63,996 nt of DNA, filler included, from an uncultured bacterium (GCA_964371695.1; 23 parts of 23 records of this genome joined end to end with filler, not necessarily neighbours in it); one strand, 5' to 3'. Counted from the first letter of the whole stretch, positions 28,744 through 38,750 are shown. The notes: generated from the letters alone by a model not told the origin. Numbers and translations: made by a program.

Positions 28744-29502
28744 ATGAATCGTTTCAGCAAAATTGGCCTTTTGGGGGCGGGCTTGAGCGCCCTGCTCGCA
28801 GGTCATGTGTGGGCCAAGGGGGGCACGATGTCCTCGGAACAGGCCATGAAACCCAATGCCGTTTATGCCAGCAAACAGGGCCGTCGCCTGACGATTGAGC
28901 AGGACAGCGCCGTGACACTGCGGCTCGATGAGTTCCTCAGCAGCCAGACCGCCCAGCCCGGCGACTCGGTGCGTTTTTCGGTGGACCGCGCCGTGGTGGC
29001 CAAGGGGTTTGTGGTGATTCCCCGTGGCGCACGGGCCTTTGCTGTGATTAAAGAAGTGCGCCCCGCCCGTGGTTGGGGCCGTGGCGGCAAAATGATCATG
29101 GACCTTACCCACGTGGAGGCCTATGACGGCACCAAGGTGCCCCTGGCCACCACCATGCGCGGCGCGCAGGGTCAGGACCTGGCCAAAACCGGCGCTTATG
29201 CCGTGGGGCTGATGATGGCCCCCGTGTCGCTGCTGGTGGCCCCCGTGGGCGCTGGCGTGAAGGGCAAAAAAATCGAGATGGCCGAGGGCACGCTGTTCAG
29301 TGCGTTTCTCAAAGAAGACGTGCACTGGAAGCTGGTGAGCAACCGGGGCAAGCTGTCGCTGCCCGGATCCAAAGGCACCTCGCGCATTGGCGAGGGCGGC
29401 GCCATGGACACGTCCATGCAGGGCGAGTGCATGACGGACATCTGCGCCGAATACGCCGGCTCCATGTTCCGTTCGTGCATGCTCAAGTGCCAGGCCGAAT
29501 AA
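28744..29502 (+). CDS. Secreted hypothetical protein, TrbI/VirB10-like beta domain with 4-Cys tail
   Basis: Signal peptide; LSSQTAQPGD, VVIPRGA, GRGGK and DGTKVPL pattern; SD GAGGAGG. Confidence 0.7.
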   Translation: MNRFSKIGLLGAGLSALLAGHVWAKGGTMSSEQAMKPNAVYASKQGRRLTIEQDSAVTLRLDEFLSSQTAQPGDSVRFSVDRAVVAKGFVVIPRGARAFAVIKEVRPARGWGRGGKMIMDLTHVEAYDGTKVPLATTMRGAQGQDLAKTGAYAVGLMMAPVSLLVAPVGAGVKGKKIEMAEGTLFSAFLKEDVHWKLVSNRGKLSLPGSKGTSRIGEGGAMDTSMQGECMTDICAEYAGSMFRSCMLKCQAE

Positions 29503-29549
29503 CCGGCTGTTCACACAAGCTTTTTCAGAACAACCCCGTTTGAAATCAA

Positions 29550-30773
29550 TCAAAAACCCCGCGCCAACTGGCCGGGGTTTTTTGTGTGTCGCCGCCACAC
29601 CACCACCGACACCACCAGCAAAGCCGCGTTGATGAAGGCGGCGGCCTGAAGGATGAACCACAGGCTGGCGGCCCGCTCGGCAAAAAAGCCCAGCAGTGGC
29701 GGGCCGGTGAGCAGCCCCACCCCCAGGCAGGTGACAATGAAGGCGGTGTTCTGCTGCACGCGGTTTTCGTCCCGCCCTGCCGCCAGCGCCAGGGCAAAGG
29801 CGATGATGCCGCTGTAGAAAAACCCCGTGAACCACAGCGCCCACAGGCCCTGACCCAGCGTGGGGGCCATCACCAGCCACAGCAGCGACAACGAGCTGAG
29901 CGCGCTTGCCGCCACCAGCAGCGCCTGGGCCGAAAACCGCCGGCTCAGCAGGCCGCACAACAACCGGCCAGAGGCCATCATCAGCCAGAAATAACCAATC
30001 AGCCCCGCCGCGCGGGCGTTGTCCAGATCAAACCTTTCCTTCAGCGCCGCCGGGGCCCAGCCCGCCAGACTCATTTCGGCGCTGATGTAGAGCACCGTCA
30101 CACCGCCCAGCAGCCAGGGCAGGGCGTGGGATTTTTGAGGCGGCGCGGGGGTGGGACCGGGCGCGGCGGCGGGGGCCTCGGCGGGAACCCGTGACACAAA
30201 AAGCACACCCGCCGCCAGGGCGTACAACCCCACGTTCACCAGCGGCACGTCGCGCCAACTGCCCCCCTTGCCCAGCCACCAAGCCATGGCCATGGGCCCC
30301 GCCCAGGCCCCCAGGCCAAAAGTGGCGTGCAGCAGACTCACCGCGCCGGTGGGGTTGGTTTTGAACAAACGCACCACCAGGGCGTTCACGGCCACTTCCA
30401 GCCAAGCCCCCATCACGCCCACCAGCCCCGTGGCGGCGGCCAGTGCGCCCAGTGAGGGGCTTTGGTTCCACACCAACAGACCCAGCGCCAACCCCGCCGC
30501 GCTCAGCACCGCCAGGGCGCGGTTGCTGCGCGTGAGCGGCGGCGTGCGCAGCAACAGCAGGCCCAGCAGAAACCCCACGCCATAGGTGAATTGAAACAGG
30601 CGGCCCTGGGTTTCTTCAAACCCCAGGCCCTGGGCCATGGCGGGCAACAGCGCCCCCATGGCCGAGAGCGTGACCGCGTAGGCCCCCAACAACAGGTGCG
30701 CCCCAAACGCGGGCCATAAGTGCCTGTTTGCAGGCGAATCCCCATTCGTTTGCAAACAGGCACGGCGGGCCAT
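29550..30773 (-). CDS. MFS transporter (TsgA/FucP-like); start uncertain
   Basis: About 12 TM helices; LHATFGLGAWAGP, YISAEMSLAGW and GYFWLMMASGR motifs. Confidence 0.85.
   Translation of the reverse strand: MARRACLQTNGDSPANRHLWPAFGAHLLLGAYAVTLSAMGALLPAMAQGLGFEETQGRLFQFTYGVGFLLGLLLLRTPPLTRSNRALAVLSAAGLALGLLVWNQSPSLGALAAATGLVGVMGAWLEVAVNALVVRLFKTNPTGAVSLLHATFGLGAWAGPMAMAWWLGKGGSWRDVPLVNVGLYALAAGVLFVSRVPAEAPAAAPGPTPAPPQKSHALPWLLGGVTVLYISAEMSLAGWAPAALKERFDLDNARAAGLIGYFWLMMASGRLLCGLLSRRFSAQALLVAASALSSLSLLWLVMAPTLGQGLWALWFTGFFYSGIIAFALALAAGRDENRVQQNTAFIVTCLGVGLLTGPPLLGFFAERAASLWFILQAAAFINAALLVVSVVVWRRHTKNPGQLARGF
29552..29583. terminator. Probable bidirectional terminator between convergent genes
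   Basis: AAAAACCCCG...CGGGGTTTTTT. Confidence 0.6.
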
Positions 30774-30840
30774 GAGTTTGCGAGGAATTTTTCCAGATGC
30801 CCATTGGGGCATCTGGCCGAGCAAAGGCGATAGCAGCCTG

Positions 30841-30952
30841 CGCCAAAAACCGAAGTGTCTGGAACGCTGAGGTTTTTGTTCCGCCAAGGGGGCCTTGCCC
30901 CCGTCGGCGGTGGGTTTATAAAGTCCAGGACGGACTTTATAAACAGATTTAA
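30841..30952 (+). repeat. Structured repeat, family E copy 1
   Basis: Three hairpins ending in GTTTATAAAGTC-CAGGACG-GACTTTATAAAC; same layout at 53996-54126 and 44929-44998. Confidence 0.75.
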
Positions 30953-31054
30953 AACCACGGGGGGGCATAGGGGCCAGAGGATAAACCAGATGCCGGCGGT
31001 TGGAAGTTGGAAGCCGAAAGTCGGAGGGGAGAGGGAAGATGCCACCGTCATTCC

Positions 31055-31129
31055 TTAGAGCGTTTTCGGAAATGGTAGATCATTTACAGAGGCTTTCCTG
31101 TCCAAACCTTGGCCAGCCCGCCGTCGTTA
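31055..31129 (+). mobile_element. MITE-like element, family B (truncated)
   Basis: Starts TTAGAGCGTTTTCGGAAATGGTA and closely matches 56805 onward. Confidence 0.85.
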
Positions 31130-31229
31130 NNNNNNNNNNNNNNNNNNNNNNNNNNNNNNNNNNNNNNNNNNNNTTAATTAATTAANNNNNNNNNNNNNNN
31201 NNNNNNNNNNNNNNNNNNNNNNNNNNNNN

Positions 31230-31905
31230 GGGCAAAGGTCTGCTGACGCACAATGCGGCCAAAATCGCCGGTGCGGTCGTGGCGAAAACGCACATAACCC
31301 ATGGTCTCTGTGCCATTCAGATGCTGGCGGCCCGGCTTGAGGTCGATGTGCAGATTGCCGTGGCGATCGTGATAGCGCATCTTTTTTTCCACCGTGATGT
31401 CCACGCCGCCAAACTCATCCACCACCTGCACAAAGGCGTCCAGGTCCGCCACCACGTAGTGATCCATGGGCTCACCCATGAAGTTTTCCACCGTGCGTTT
31501 GAGGCGATCGGCCCCGCCCGTGGCATAGGCGGCGTTGATCTTGTCGTGGTGGCTGGTGCCGTCGATGGGCACAAAACTGTCGCGGGGAATGCTCACCACA
31601 CCGGCGTGACCGCTGTTGTTATAAAGTCGCAGCACGTGAATGGAATCGGTGCGGCCGCTTTCTTCACCGGCGTCCACACCGGCAATCAGCACGTTCACGG
31701 TTTCGTAACGTTTGAGCTGTGTGGGGCAGGCCCGCGACCCCAATGCGCCCTTCAGACCAGCAAAAAAACCACCGTCGGTTTCCCACGTGCTGCCGGTGGC
31801 GTCGCGATTTTTCAGGCGTTCATAGGTGAACAGCGTGGTGGCGAACGTGATGACCGCGCCCATCAGCGAAAGCGTCAGCAACAGGCGAAAAAGGTTGTTT
31901 TTCAC
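31230..31905 (-). CDS. LCP (LytR-CpsA-Psr) family protein, 3' truncated
   Basis: TM helix; GRTDSI, SIPRD, KINAAY and YVRFRH..GDFGRIVRQQ motifs. Confidence 0.94.
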
Positions 31906-32468
31906 GTGGCCGCCCCGCGCCAGTGGTTATAGGCGTCAATGGCCGCCGGGTGTACGGGCTGGTTTTTTTTGAGCAGGTGGGTGAGTGTGCGGCGGCTGAT
32001 GAGGGCGGCGGCGGCGCTCAGGTTGCGCCGGGCCTCGAAACGGATCAGCGCGATGCCGTGATAATCCCGCGCCGGTTCTGACTTGTCGGCCACGAACACC
32101 GCCAGGGCCTCTGGCGAAAACGCCGGGTGGCCGGTGGTGTGAAACCGCATGGCCTGAAGTGCGCGGGTGTCAGACACGCCAAACTCGGCGGGGCACAGCC
32201 GGGCCGCCACCTGGCCGTGCAGCAGGTTGGGGGCTTCGCGCTCCTGGGGGGTGAGGTTGTGCAGGTCTTCTCCCATGGCGTCCTGAAGCTCCTTGAGGGT
32301 AAGGTGTTTGTAGGCGTCGTGCAGCAGACAACCCAGGCGCACGGGCTGTTCGTCCAGGCCGTGCAGGGCGGCCAGTTCCGCGCCGGTTTCTTCCACCCGC
32401 AGCACATGTTCATAGGTGCGCCGGGGCATGGTGCGGCCCAGGTGTTGACGGATGGCCTCGAGCGTCAC
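31902..32468 (-). CDS. yqeK: HD-domain Ap4A hydrolase YqeK-like
   Basis: EHVLRV, LLHD, LLHG, HTTG and ADKSEPAR motifs; directly upstream of LCP as in Firmicutes-type operons. Confidence 0.85.
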   Translation of the reverse strand: MTLEAIRQHLGRTMPRRTYEHVLRVEETGAELAALHGLDEQPVRLGCLLHDAYKHLTLKELQDAMGEDLHNLTPQEREAPNLLHGQVAARLCPAEFGVSDTRALQAMRFHTTGHPAFSPEALAVFVADKSEPARDYHGIALIRFEARRNLSAAAALISRRTLTHLLKKNQPVHPAAIDAYNHWRGAAT

Positions 32469-32854
32469 GGCGTGGCCTCTGGCGGGGGAGGCGTTTCTGC
32501 TTCGGGTGTTATTTCTTCTGGCGGCGGAGGCGGCTCTGGCGTGAGGCTGAGCAGTTCGTGACGCAGGCGCTGTTCTTCTTCTGCGGCGGCGCGCAGTTCC
32601 TGATAACCACTTTCGATGGTGAGCAGCCCCTTGCGCAACCGGGTCATGGTTTCTTTTTGCCGGGTGATGGCGGGAATCAGCCGCGGGCTGTAACGCACGT
32701 GGGCCGGGTCTTCGGGTGAGGGCAGGGGGGTGTGTTCGGGCAGGGCCAGTTGTTGCAACTGAAGCCACTGGTCCTGCAGGCTGTTCAGTCGCCGGTCGAT
32801 TTCCTGCACCTTCAGGCCCAATGCCCCCAACAGGCGGGCGCGGCGGCTTTCCAT
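32465..32854 (-). CDS. Hypothetical coiled-coil protein
   Basis: ORF coupled to yqeK by GTGA overlap. Confidence 0.55.
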   Translation of the reverse strand: MESRRARLLGALGLKVQEIDRRLNSLQDQWLQLQQLALPEHTPLPSPEDPAHVRYSPRLIPAITRQKETMTRLRKGLLTIESGYQELRAAAEEEQRLRHELLSLTPEPPPPPEEITPEAETPPPPEATP

Positions 32855-32880
32855 GGGGGCATGTCCGGCGGCGGAAAGGC

Positions 32881-33207
32881 TCACGAAGCCCCCTGATAAC
32901 GGCGCACCACAGTTTTGAGAGTCATTTCTTTTTGCAGGGCGGTTTCGCGCCGGGTGTGGGTTTCGTCCAGTGTGGCCATGGTCTGGCGCAACTGTTCGAT
33001 TTGTCCCAGCGCGCCCTGAATCTGTGTCATCAGGTTCTGGCCAGCCACGGGGGCGCTTTCGTGCAGGTGATAACGGTCGGCCTGTTTCAGCGCCTTCTGC
33101 AATTCCAGCCACTGCTCAAAACAGGCCCGCGTTTCGGCGAGGCGCTCGTTTTTGGCCTGGGGCAGGCGGCCCAGGGCTTCGAGATATTCATCTTCAGAGG
33201 GCTTCAT
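32881..33207 (-). CDS. Hypothetical helical protein (FlgN/FliT-like size and pattern)
   Basis: 108 aa, all helical, ends VRRYQG; same strand, immediately after proA. Confidence 0.45.
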   Translation of the reverse strand: MKPSEDEYLEALGRLPQAKNERLAETRACFEQWLELQKALKQADRYHLHESAPVAGQNLMTQIQGALGQIEQLRQTMATLDETHTRRETALQKEMTLKTVVRRYQGAS

Positions 33208-33213
33208 GAACAA

Positions 33214-33923
33214 TCACGGCCTTGTCTGGCCATCGCCCCGCACAATGTATTTGTAGGTCGTCAGCGCCTTCAGACCCATGGGGCCACGGGCGTGGAGTTT
33301 TTGTGTGCTGATGCCGATTTCCGCCCCAAAGCCGTATTCCCCCCCGTCGGCAAAACGGCTGGAGGCGTTGATGAAAATATCCGCCGCATCAATGGCCTGA
33401 GAAAACCGCTCGGCGGCCTCCATGTTGCGGGTGAGGATGGTCTCGGAGTGTTGGGTGCCGTATTCGCGGATGTGCGTGATGGCTTCTTCCACGTCCGCCA
33501 CCACTCGGATGGCCAGAATCAGGTCCAGATATTCCGTGGCCCAGTCGGCGGGTTTGGCCGGTTTGGCGCTGATGATTTTGCGCGTGGCGGGGCAGCCCCG
33601 CAGTTCCACGTGGTGTTTGTCCAGGGCCGCCTTGGCGCGGGGCAGAAATTCTGCCGCCACCGCCCGGTGCACCAGCAGGGTTTCGATGGCGTTGCACACG
33701 CCGGGGCGCTGTGTCTTGGCGTTGACGAGAATCGCCAGGGCTTTGTCCAGATCAGCGCTTTCATCCACAAACAGGTGGCAGTTGCCCACGCCGGTTTCCA
33801 GTGTGGGCAACTTGGCGTTTTGCACCACCGCCCGAATCAGTCCCTGGCCGCCACGGGGAATCAGCACATCCAGCACACCCCGCAGGCCCATCATGGCCTG
33901 TGTGGCGGCGCGGTCGGTGAAAG
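33214..33923 (-). CDS. proA: Glutamate-5-semialdehyde dehydrogenase, C-terminal part
   Basis: IPRGG, GVGNCH, CNAIETLLVH, NASSRFADG and EIGISTQKLHARGPMGL motifs. Confidence 0.95.
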
Positions 33924-34023
33924 NNNNNNNNNNNNNNNNNNNNNNNNNNNNNNNNNNNNNNNNNNNNTTAATTAATTAANNNNNNNNNNNNNNNNNNNNN
34001 NNNNNNNNNNNNNNNNNNNNNNN

Positions 34024-34373
34024 TCCACATGCTTGAACTCTTCGGCCAATTCCACAAGCTGGACGTGTTTCAGGATTTGTATGAAACCTGGACACTGGAC
34101 GACTTCAACGAATACCGCCAGGAATATTTCGAACCGTTTGAGCAGACGGACTGTTACCGGGTGGAGGTGTGTACGCGGGACCACGCTTTCATCATTGACG
34201 TCACCGACCGCAAAAAAGTGGGGGCGCTGATTGTGCGGGCCGAAGACCTGAAACGGATGGTGGAAAAACTGGGGGGCGTCTGTTCGTTTCCCGAACTGGC
34301 CACGCCCCAGGCAGAGCTGGAGTTTCACGATCCCCGCCTGGGCGTGGGGCCGCCGCCAGAAAACATGGCATAG
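34024..34373 (+). CDS. Hypothetical protein, probably 5' truncated
   Basis: Open frame with plausible codon usage upstream of dxr. Confidence 0.55.
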
Positions 34374-34400
34374 CCCCCGCCCCGGCGGCATACTGCGCGG

Positions 34401-35564
34401 ATGCAAAAACCACTCGCGGGATTGTGCGTGGTGGGGGCCACCGGCTCCATCGGCGAAAGCACCCTGAAGGTGGCCGCCGAGCAGCGGATACCCCTCACCT
34501 CGCTCATCACGCGGAAAAACCACCGGGAACTCATGGCCCGCGCCCTGGCCCACGGCGTGAAGGTGGTGGGCCTGACCGACACCAAAGCGGCCCAGGTGTT
34601 GCGCCCCCATCTGCCCAAAGGCTTCAAACTGCTGGCCGGTGAAAAGGCGGTGCTGGCACACATCGGCAGCGGCCCCCACAGCCACGTGATGATGGCCCTG
34701 GTGGGCAACGCGGGCATCCGCCCTGCGCTGGCGGCGGCAGAGGGCGGCAAGGTGTTGCTGCTGGCCAACAAAGAGAGTTTGGTGAGCGCGGGCGACCTGC
34801 TGCTGAGGCACGTGAGCGTGTCGCGGGGCACGCTCTGCCCCGTGGACAGCGAGCACGGGGCCATCTGGCAATGTCTGGCGGGTGAGCGCCTGCGCGAGGT
34901 GCAGGAGCTGTGGCTCACCGCCAGCGGCGGGCCTTTCCGGGACTGGCCGCTCCGGCGTCTGGCCGGTGTCACCGTGCAGCAGGCGCTGAATCACCCCACC
35001 TGGGCCATGGGGCCGAAGATCACCATCGACAGCGCCACACTCATGAACAAGGGCCTGGAGGTGATCGAGGCCCAGCGGCTGTTTGGCCTGGGTTATGACC
35101 GCATCCGCGTGGTGATCCACCCCCAGTCCATCGTGCATTCGCTGGTGCGTTTCCGCGACCAGAGCTACAAGGCCCAGTGCGGCGCACCCGACATGACCAC
35201 CCCCATCCTCTATGCCCTGTTTGCGCCCCGCAGGCCCGCCAGCAACGTGCCCCGGCATGTCGCGCCCGACGAATGGGGCAAGCTGACGTTTGAGAAACCA
35301 GACCAGCGCAAGTTTCCCTGCCTGGAACTGGCCTACGGTGCAGGCCAGGCGGGAGGCACAGCCCCCTGTGTGCTGAACGCCGCCAACGAGGTGGCGGTGG
35401 CGGCTTTTCTGGAGGGGCGCGTCGGTTTTGCGCAAATCCCCCGTTTGGTGGACGCCTGCCTGAAGGCTCACGATACTCAGGCGGTAGAGGGCGTGGAGGC
35501 CCTGATGGCGACAGACGCCTGGGCACGACGCAAAACAAGGGAGTTGCTGAAACATGGCCAGTAA
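34401..35564 (+). CDS. dxr: 1-deoxy-D-xylulose-5-phosphate reductoisomerase
   Basis: GATGSIG, LANKESLV, PVDSEH, HPTWAMGPKITIDSATLMNKGLE and NAANE motifs. Confidence 0.97.
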   Translation: MQKPLAGLCVVGATGSIGESTLKVAAEQRIPLTSLITRKNHRELMARALAHGVKVVGLTDTKAAQVLRPHLPKGFKLLAGEKAVLAHIGSGPHSHVMMALVGNAGIRPALAAAEGGKVLLLANKESLVSAGDLLLRHVSVSRGTLCPVDSEHGAIWQCLAGERLREVQELWLTASGGPFRDWPLRRLAGVTVQQALNHPTWAMGPKITIDSATLMNKGLEVIEAQRLFGLGYDRIRVVIHPQSIVHSLVRFRDQSYKAQCGAPDMTTPILYALFAPRRPASNVPRHVAPDEWGKLTFEKPDQRKFPCLELAYGAGQAGGTAPCVLNAANEVAVAAFLEGRVGFAQIPRLVDACLKAHDTQAVEGVEALMATDAWARRKTRELLKHGQ

Positions 35565-36391
35565 AAAACAGATCACCGTGGGGGGCGTGGCCATTGGCGG
35601 TGGCGCGCCCATCCGGGTGCAGACCATGTGTACCACCAAAACTTACGACCCCGAAGCCACCATCGCGCAAATTCTCGCCTGCGAGGCGGAAGGGGCCGAG
35701 CTTATCCGCGTGAGCGTGCCCAACGAAAAAAGCGCCCGCGCCCTGCCCGCCATCAAGGCGGGCATCCACATTCCGCTCATCGCCGACATCCATTTTGATT
35801 ACCGCATGGCCATCCTCAGCACCGAACTGGGGGCCGACTGCATCCGCATCAACCCCGGCAACATCGGCAGCAAAAAACGGGTGGATGAAGTCATCGCCGC
35901 GCTCAAGGCCCACGGCACCCCCGTGCGCATCGGCGTGAACAGCGGCAGCCTGGAGAAAGACCTGATCGACAAACACGGCGGCGTCACCGTGGCGGCATTG
36001 GTAGAAAGCGCCGAGCGGAACATCGGTTATTTTGAAGACGCGGGTGTGGAAAAAATCAAGGTGAGCATCAAGTCCAGCCACGTACCCACCATGATCCGCT
36101 GCTATGAGGAACTGAGCCGGAAAACAGACTGGCCCCTGCATCTGGGCGTGACCGAGGCGGGGCCGTTCCAGATGGGCGCCATCAAAAGCGCCATCGGCCT
36201 GGGGACGCTGCTGCAACAGGGCATCGGCGACACGGTGCGGGTGAGCCTGAGTTGCGACCCCCAGCGGGAGATTCCCGTGGCGCTGGAAATCCTCAAGGCG
36301 CTGGATCTCGCGCCGGGGGTGAACATCATCTCCTGCCCCAGTTGCGCACGGGCGGACATCAATGTAGAGGAACTGGCCGAAGGCGTGCTGG
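35554..36391 (+). CDS. ispG: HMBPP synthase IspG; homology lost after ~36391
   Basis: ADIHF, RINPGNIG, RIGVNSGS, PLHLGVTEAG and SCPSCAR present; the C-terminal GCxVNGPGE is missing. Confidence 0.93.
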
Positions 36392-36717
36392 GGAGGGACC
36401 TATCTGAAGGAGCTCGACCGCGCCTCGCCCGAGGAGCGCGCGAAAATGATGGAGGCGTGGGGCGGCACGACCACTGCCGACCGCGACGATTGGCTCGACA
36501 TCATTGCGACCGGCAAGAAGGAAGGCTGGTTCAAGGTCTTCTACGGCAACGTCGAGAGCATGAGCGAGCGCGGCTCGCGCGTCGTTACCCGGCTCCAGGG
36601 CAAAGCCGGCTACCAGGAGAACCTGGAGCTTGTCGCGGACTACATCATCGATTGCACGGGGCTGATCGCCAAGATCGACGAGGCGCTGCTGCTTGCCGAC
36701 TTGATCAAGACCTACGA
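36371..36717 (+). CDS. Internal fragment of an unrelated FAD/NAD-binding (FHA-associated) oxidoreductase-like protein
   Basis: Alternative frame reads NWPKACWGG...WGGTTTADR...ADYIIDCTGL, recalled from a family found in Cyanobacteria, Actinobacteria and Chloroflexi. Confidence 0.65.
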
Positions 36718-36817
36718 NNNNNNNNNNNNNNNNNNNNNNNNNNNNNNNNNNNNNNNNNNNNTTAATTAATTAANNNNNNNNNNNNNNNNNNNNNNNNNNN
36801 NNNNNNNNNNNNNNNNN

Positions 36818-37408
36818 CCCCAATATCCGCCTGCGCCCCGGCTGGGCCAGCATCCACAGCGTCCACACCAAGCCAAACAACAGGCCCGTGTAATGCACCA
36901 GACTGGCCTGGGCCAGCAACAGGCCCATCCACAGGGCATTGCGCAGCGAAGGATTCTTCGGATTCCCACACCACAACATCAGGGCCAGCACAATCAGCGC
37001 CACGTTCAGGTGATAGGTTTCCACCGTCATGGCCAGATAAAAAAAGTGCCGGTGGCTGAGTAGCGCCAAACCCGCCAGCACCCCCAGACACCGGGCCACC
37101 GGGCCTGCCGCCCCCGACAGTTTCGCCAACTGGCCGCCCCAGGTGGCGCACAGCACCACCGCCGCCGAGGCCATGAACACGCTGAACAGGTTGGCGGCAA
37201 ACGACAGGGGCACGGGCAGCAGACCCTGAAACAACTTGATGCCCAGCACTGTGAGGGGATAACCCGGCGGGTGCAGCACCGCCAGGAAATGTCCCACGGT
37301 GGTGAACTCACCGGCGTCGTCCCACGAAATGGAGGGGTTCGCGTTCAGCCCCAGCACGGCAAAACAGAGCAGGAACAAACCCGCCGAAATCCAGGCCCAG
37401 GGGCGCAT
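36818..37408 (-). CDS. DUF2723/TMEM260-like GT-C glycosyltransferase, 3' truncated
   Basis: WDDAGEF, HPPGYPL and ETYHL motifs; multiple TM helices. Confidence 0.85.
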
Positions 37409-37465
37409 CGGGAGGATTGTAGAACCCATCTCCTGCCATTGAATATTCAAAACAGCCTGCGCGGT

Positions 37466-38050
37466 TTACGGCTGCGGCACCATCAGGTCCATCACGTGTT
37501 TCACAAAGGACTGCTGGTTGCTCTGCGAACAGGCCATGTCGGTGTTTTGCCTGAGCAGGTGAATCAGCCCCACATAGGCCGAATAAAGCAGCAGCGCCCG
37601 AAAGTAGGCCTCCCTTTTGTCCACCCCCAGGGCCACCAGCGAATCTTTCAGAAACCCCACACGAAAGGTTGTCACGCGGTCCAGCACCGGCTTGACCAAC
37701 GGGTGCTGGCCCGACGCCGTGACGGCCAGGAACACCGCCTGGGCCTGGGTGTCGGTGGTGGCCTCCTGAAACAACTGCTCCAGACGCTGGCGGGGGTCGG
37801 GAATGTCGCCCAGGCGGTGAAACTTGAGCTGGGTGAACACACGCTCCCACCGCAGCAACACCGCCTTCAGCAGCTCCTCACCATTTTGAAAGTGCCAGTA
37901 AAAACTGCCCTTGGTCACTTTCAGACGCCGGGCCAGGGGCTCCACCGACACCGCAGAAAGCTCACCCGTCTCGGCAATGGCCTCCAGGGCGGCCAGTTCC
38001 CAGTCTTTGTTGGTGAGGCGGGGGCGTTTTTCTTCTGCGGCGCTGGGCAT
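37466..38050 (-). CDS. TetR/AcrR-family regulator
   Basis: HTH VEPLARRLKVTKGSFYWHF. Confidence 0.95.
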   Translation of the reverse strand: MPSAAEEKRPRLTNKDWELAALEAIAETGELSAVSVEPLARRLKVTKGSFYWHFQNGEELLKAVLLRWERVFTQLKFHRLGDIPDPRQRLEQLFQEATTDTQAQAVFLAVTASGQHPLVKPVLDRVTTFRVGFLKDSLVALGVDKREAYFRALLLYSAYVGLIHLLRQNTDMACSQSNQQSFVKHVMDLMVPQP

Positions 38051-38138
38051 TGTTTAAATCCTAACCTTTTGGATTCGTTTTAAAAGTCCGTCGTGAACTT
38101 TTAAAACAGGTTCTAAGGCCCTCAGGTTACCCAAAAAA

Positions 38139-38192
38139 CATACGCAAGCGTATTGACAAGGCGCGAGGGGGATGCCATACTCTTGCGTATGG
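38139..38192 (+). promoter_or_regulatory. Sigma70 promoter overlapped by two putative TetR operators
   Basis: TTGACA (38153) - 17 nt - CATACT (38176); palindromes ATACGCAAGCGTAT and CCATACTCTTGCGTATGG. Confidence 0.75.
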
Positions 38193-38235
38193 AAGAAGAT
38201 TTTCAATCCCAATTCTTCCAGAAAGGAGCCACACC

Positions 38236-38481
38236 ATGAACCACCGTCCCTCCTTCCCCGTTCTGCTGGCCAGAACGGTTTTCTTTTTTGCCGAGGTGAT
38301 TTTTCATGTGGCGGCCAGCCGGTTGCAGAACCACACCCTCAGTCACCCGGCCGCCGGACAGGTCCTGTCTGACTTCTCCCCGCAGCCCCCCGTCATGGCG
38401 CAGAAAACGGCCGAGCCTTTTCTGCCGGAACTCACCGACGAGTATTTCTACAACCCGGAGCACCGCCTGCTGGCCGGTTAA
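38236..38481 (+). CDS. Small hypothetical protein (81 aa)
   Basis: SD AAGGAG, promoter upstream, terminator-like hairpin near 38537. Confidence 0.6.
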   Translation: MNHRPSFPVLLARTVFFFAEVIFHVAASRLQNHTLSHPAAGQVLSDFSPQPPVMAQKTAEPFLPELTDEYFYNPEHRLLAG

Positions 38482-38577
38482 ACCGCCGGGAGGGAAGGGG
38501 ATCACCACCCCTGCCACGCCATCAAAGCATTTTTTCACCCCACCCCAGGGCGGGGTTTTTTTGTGCCGGTATAACCA

Positions 38578-38725
38578 CAGGGTGTTGATAAACACCCTGT
38601 AAAATCCAGGGAGGGATTTCCCGCTTGCTGGGGTTTTTTAAACCCCAGCAAAAGCGCGATTTTTTGGGAATGAATTTCCGAAAAATCGGTTGATAAAGTC
38701 CAGGACAGACTTTATCAACGCCCTG
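38578..38725. mobile_element. MITE-like element, family A copy 3 (complete, 148 bp)
   Basis: TIR CAGGGTGTTGATAAA / TTTATCAACGCCCTG; inverted relative to copies 1 and 2. Confidence 0.88.
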
Positions 38726-38750
38726 TTGGTGGTCAATTTATAATCCCCCG

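Noticed and set aside
35554-36765. Apparent novel IspG fusion protein
   Set aside because: Best explained as a chimeric join at a ~21-nt microhomology; the C-terminal part is out-of-frame read-through.
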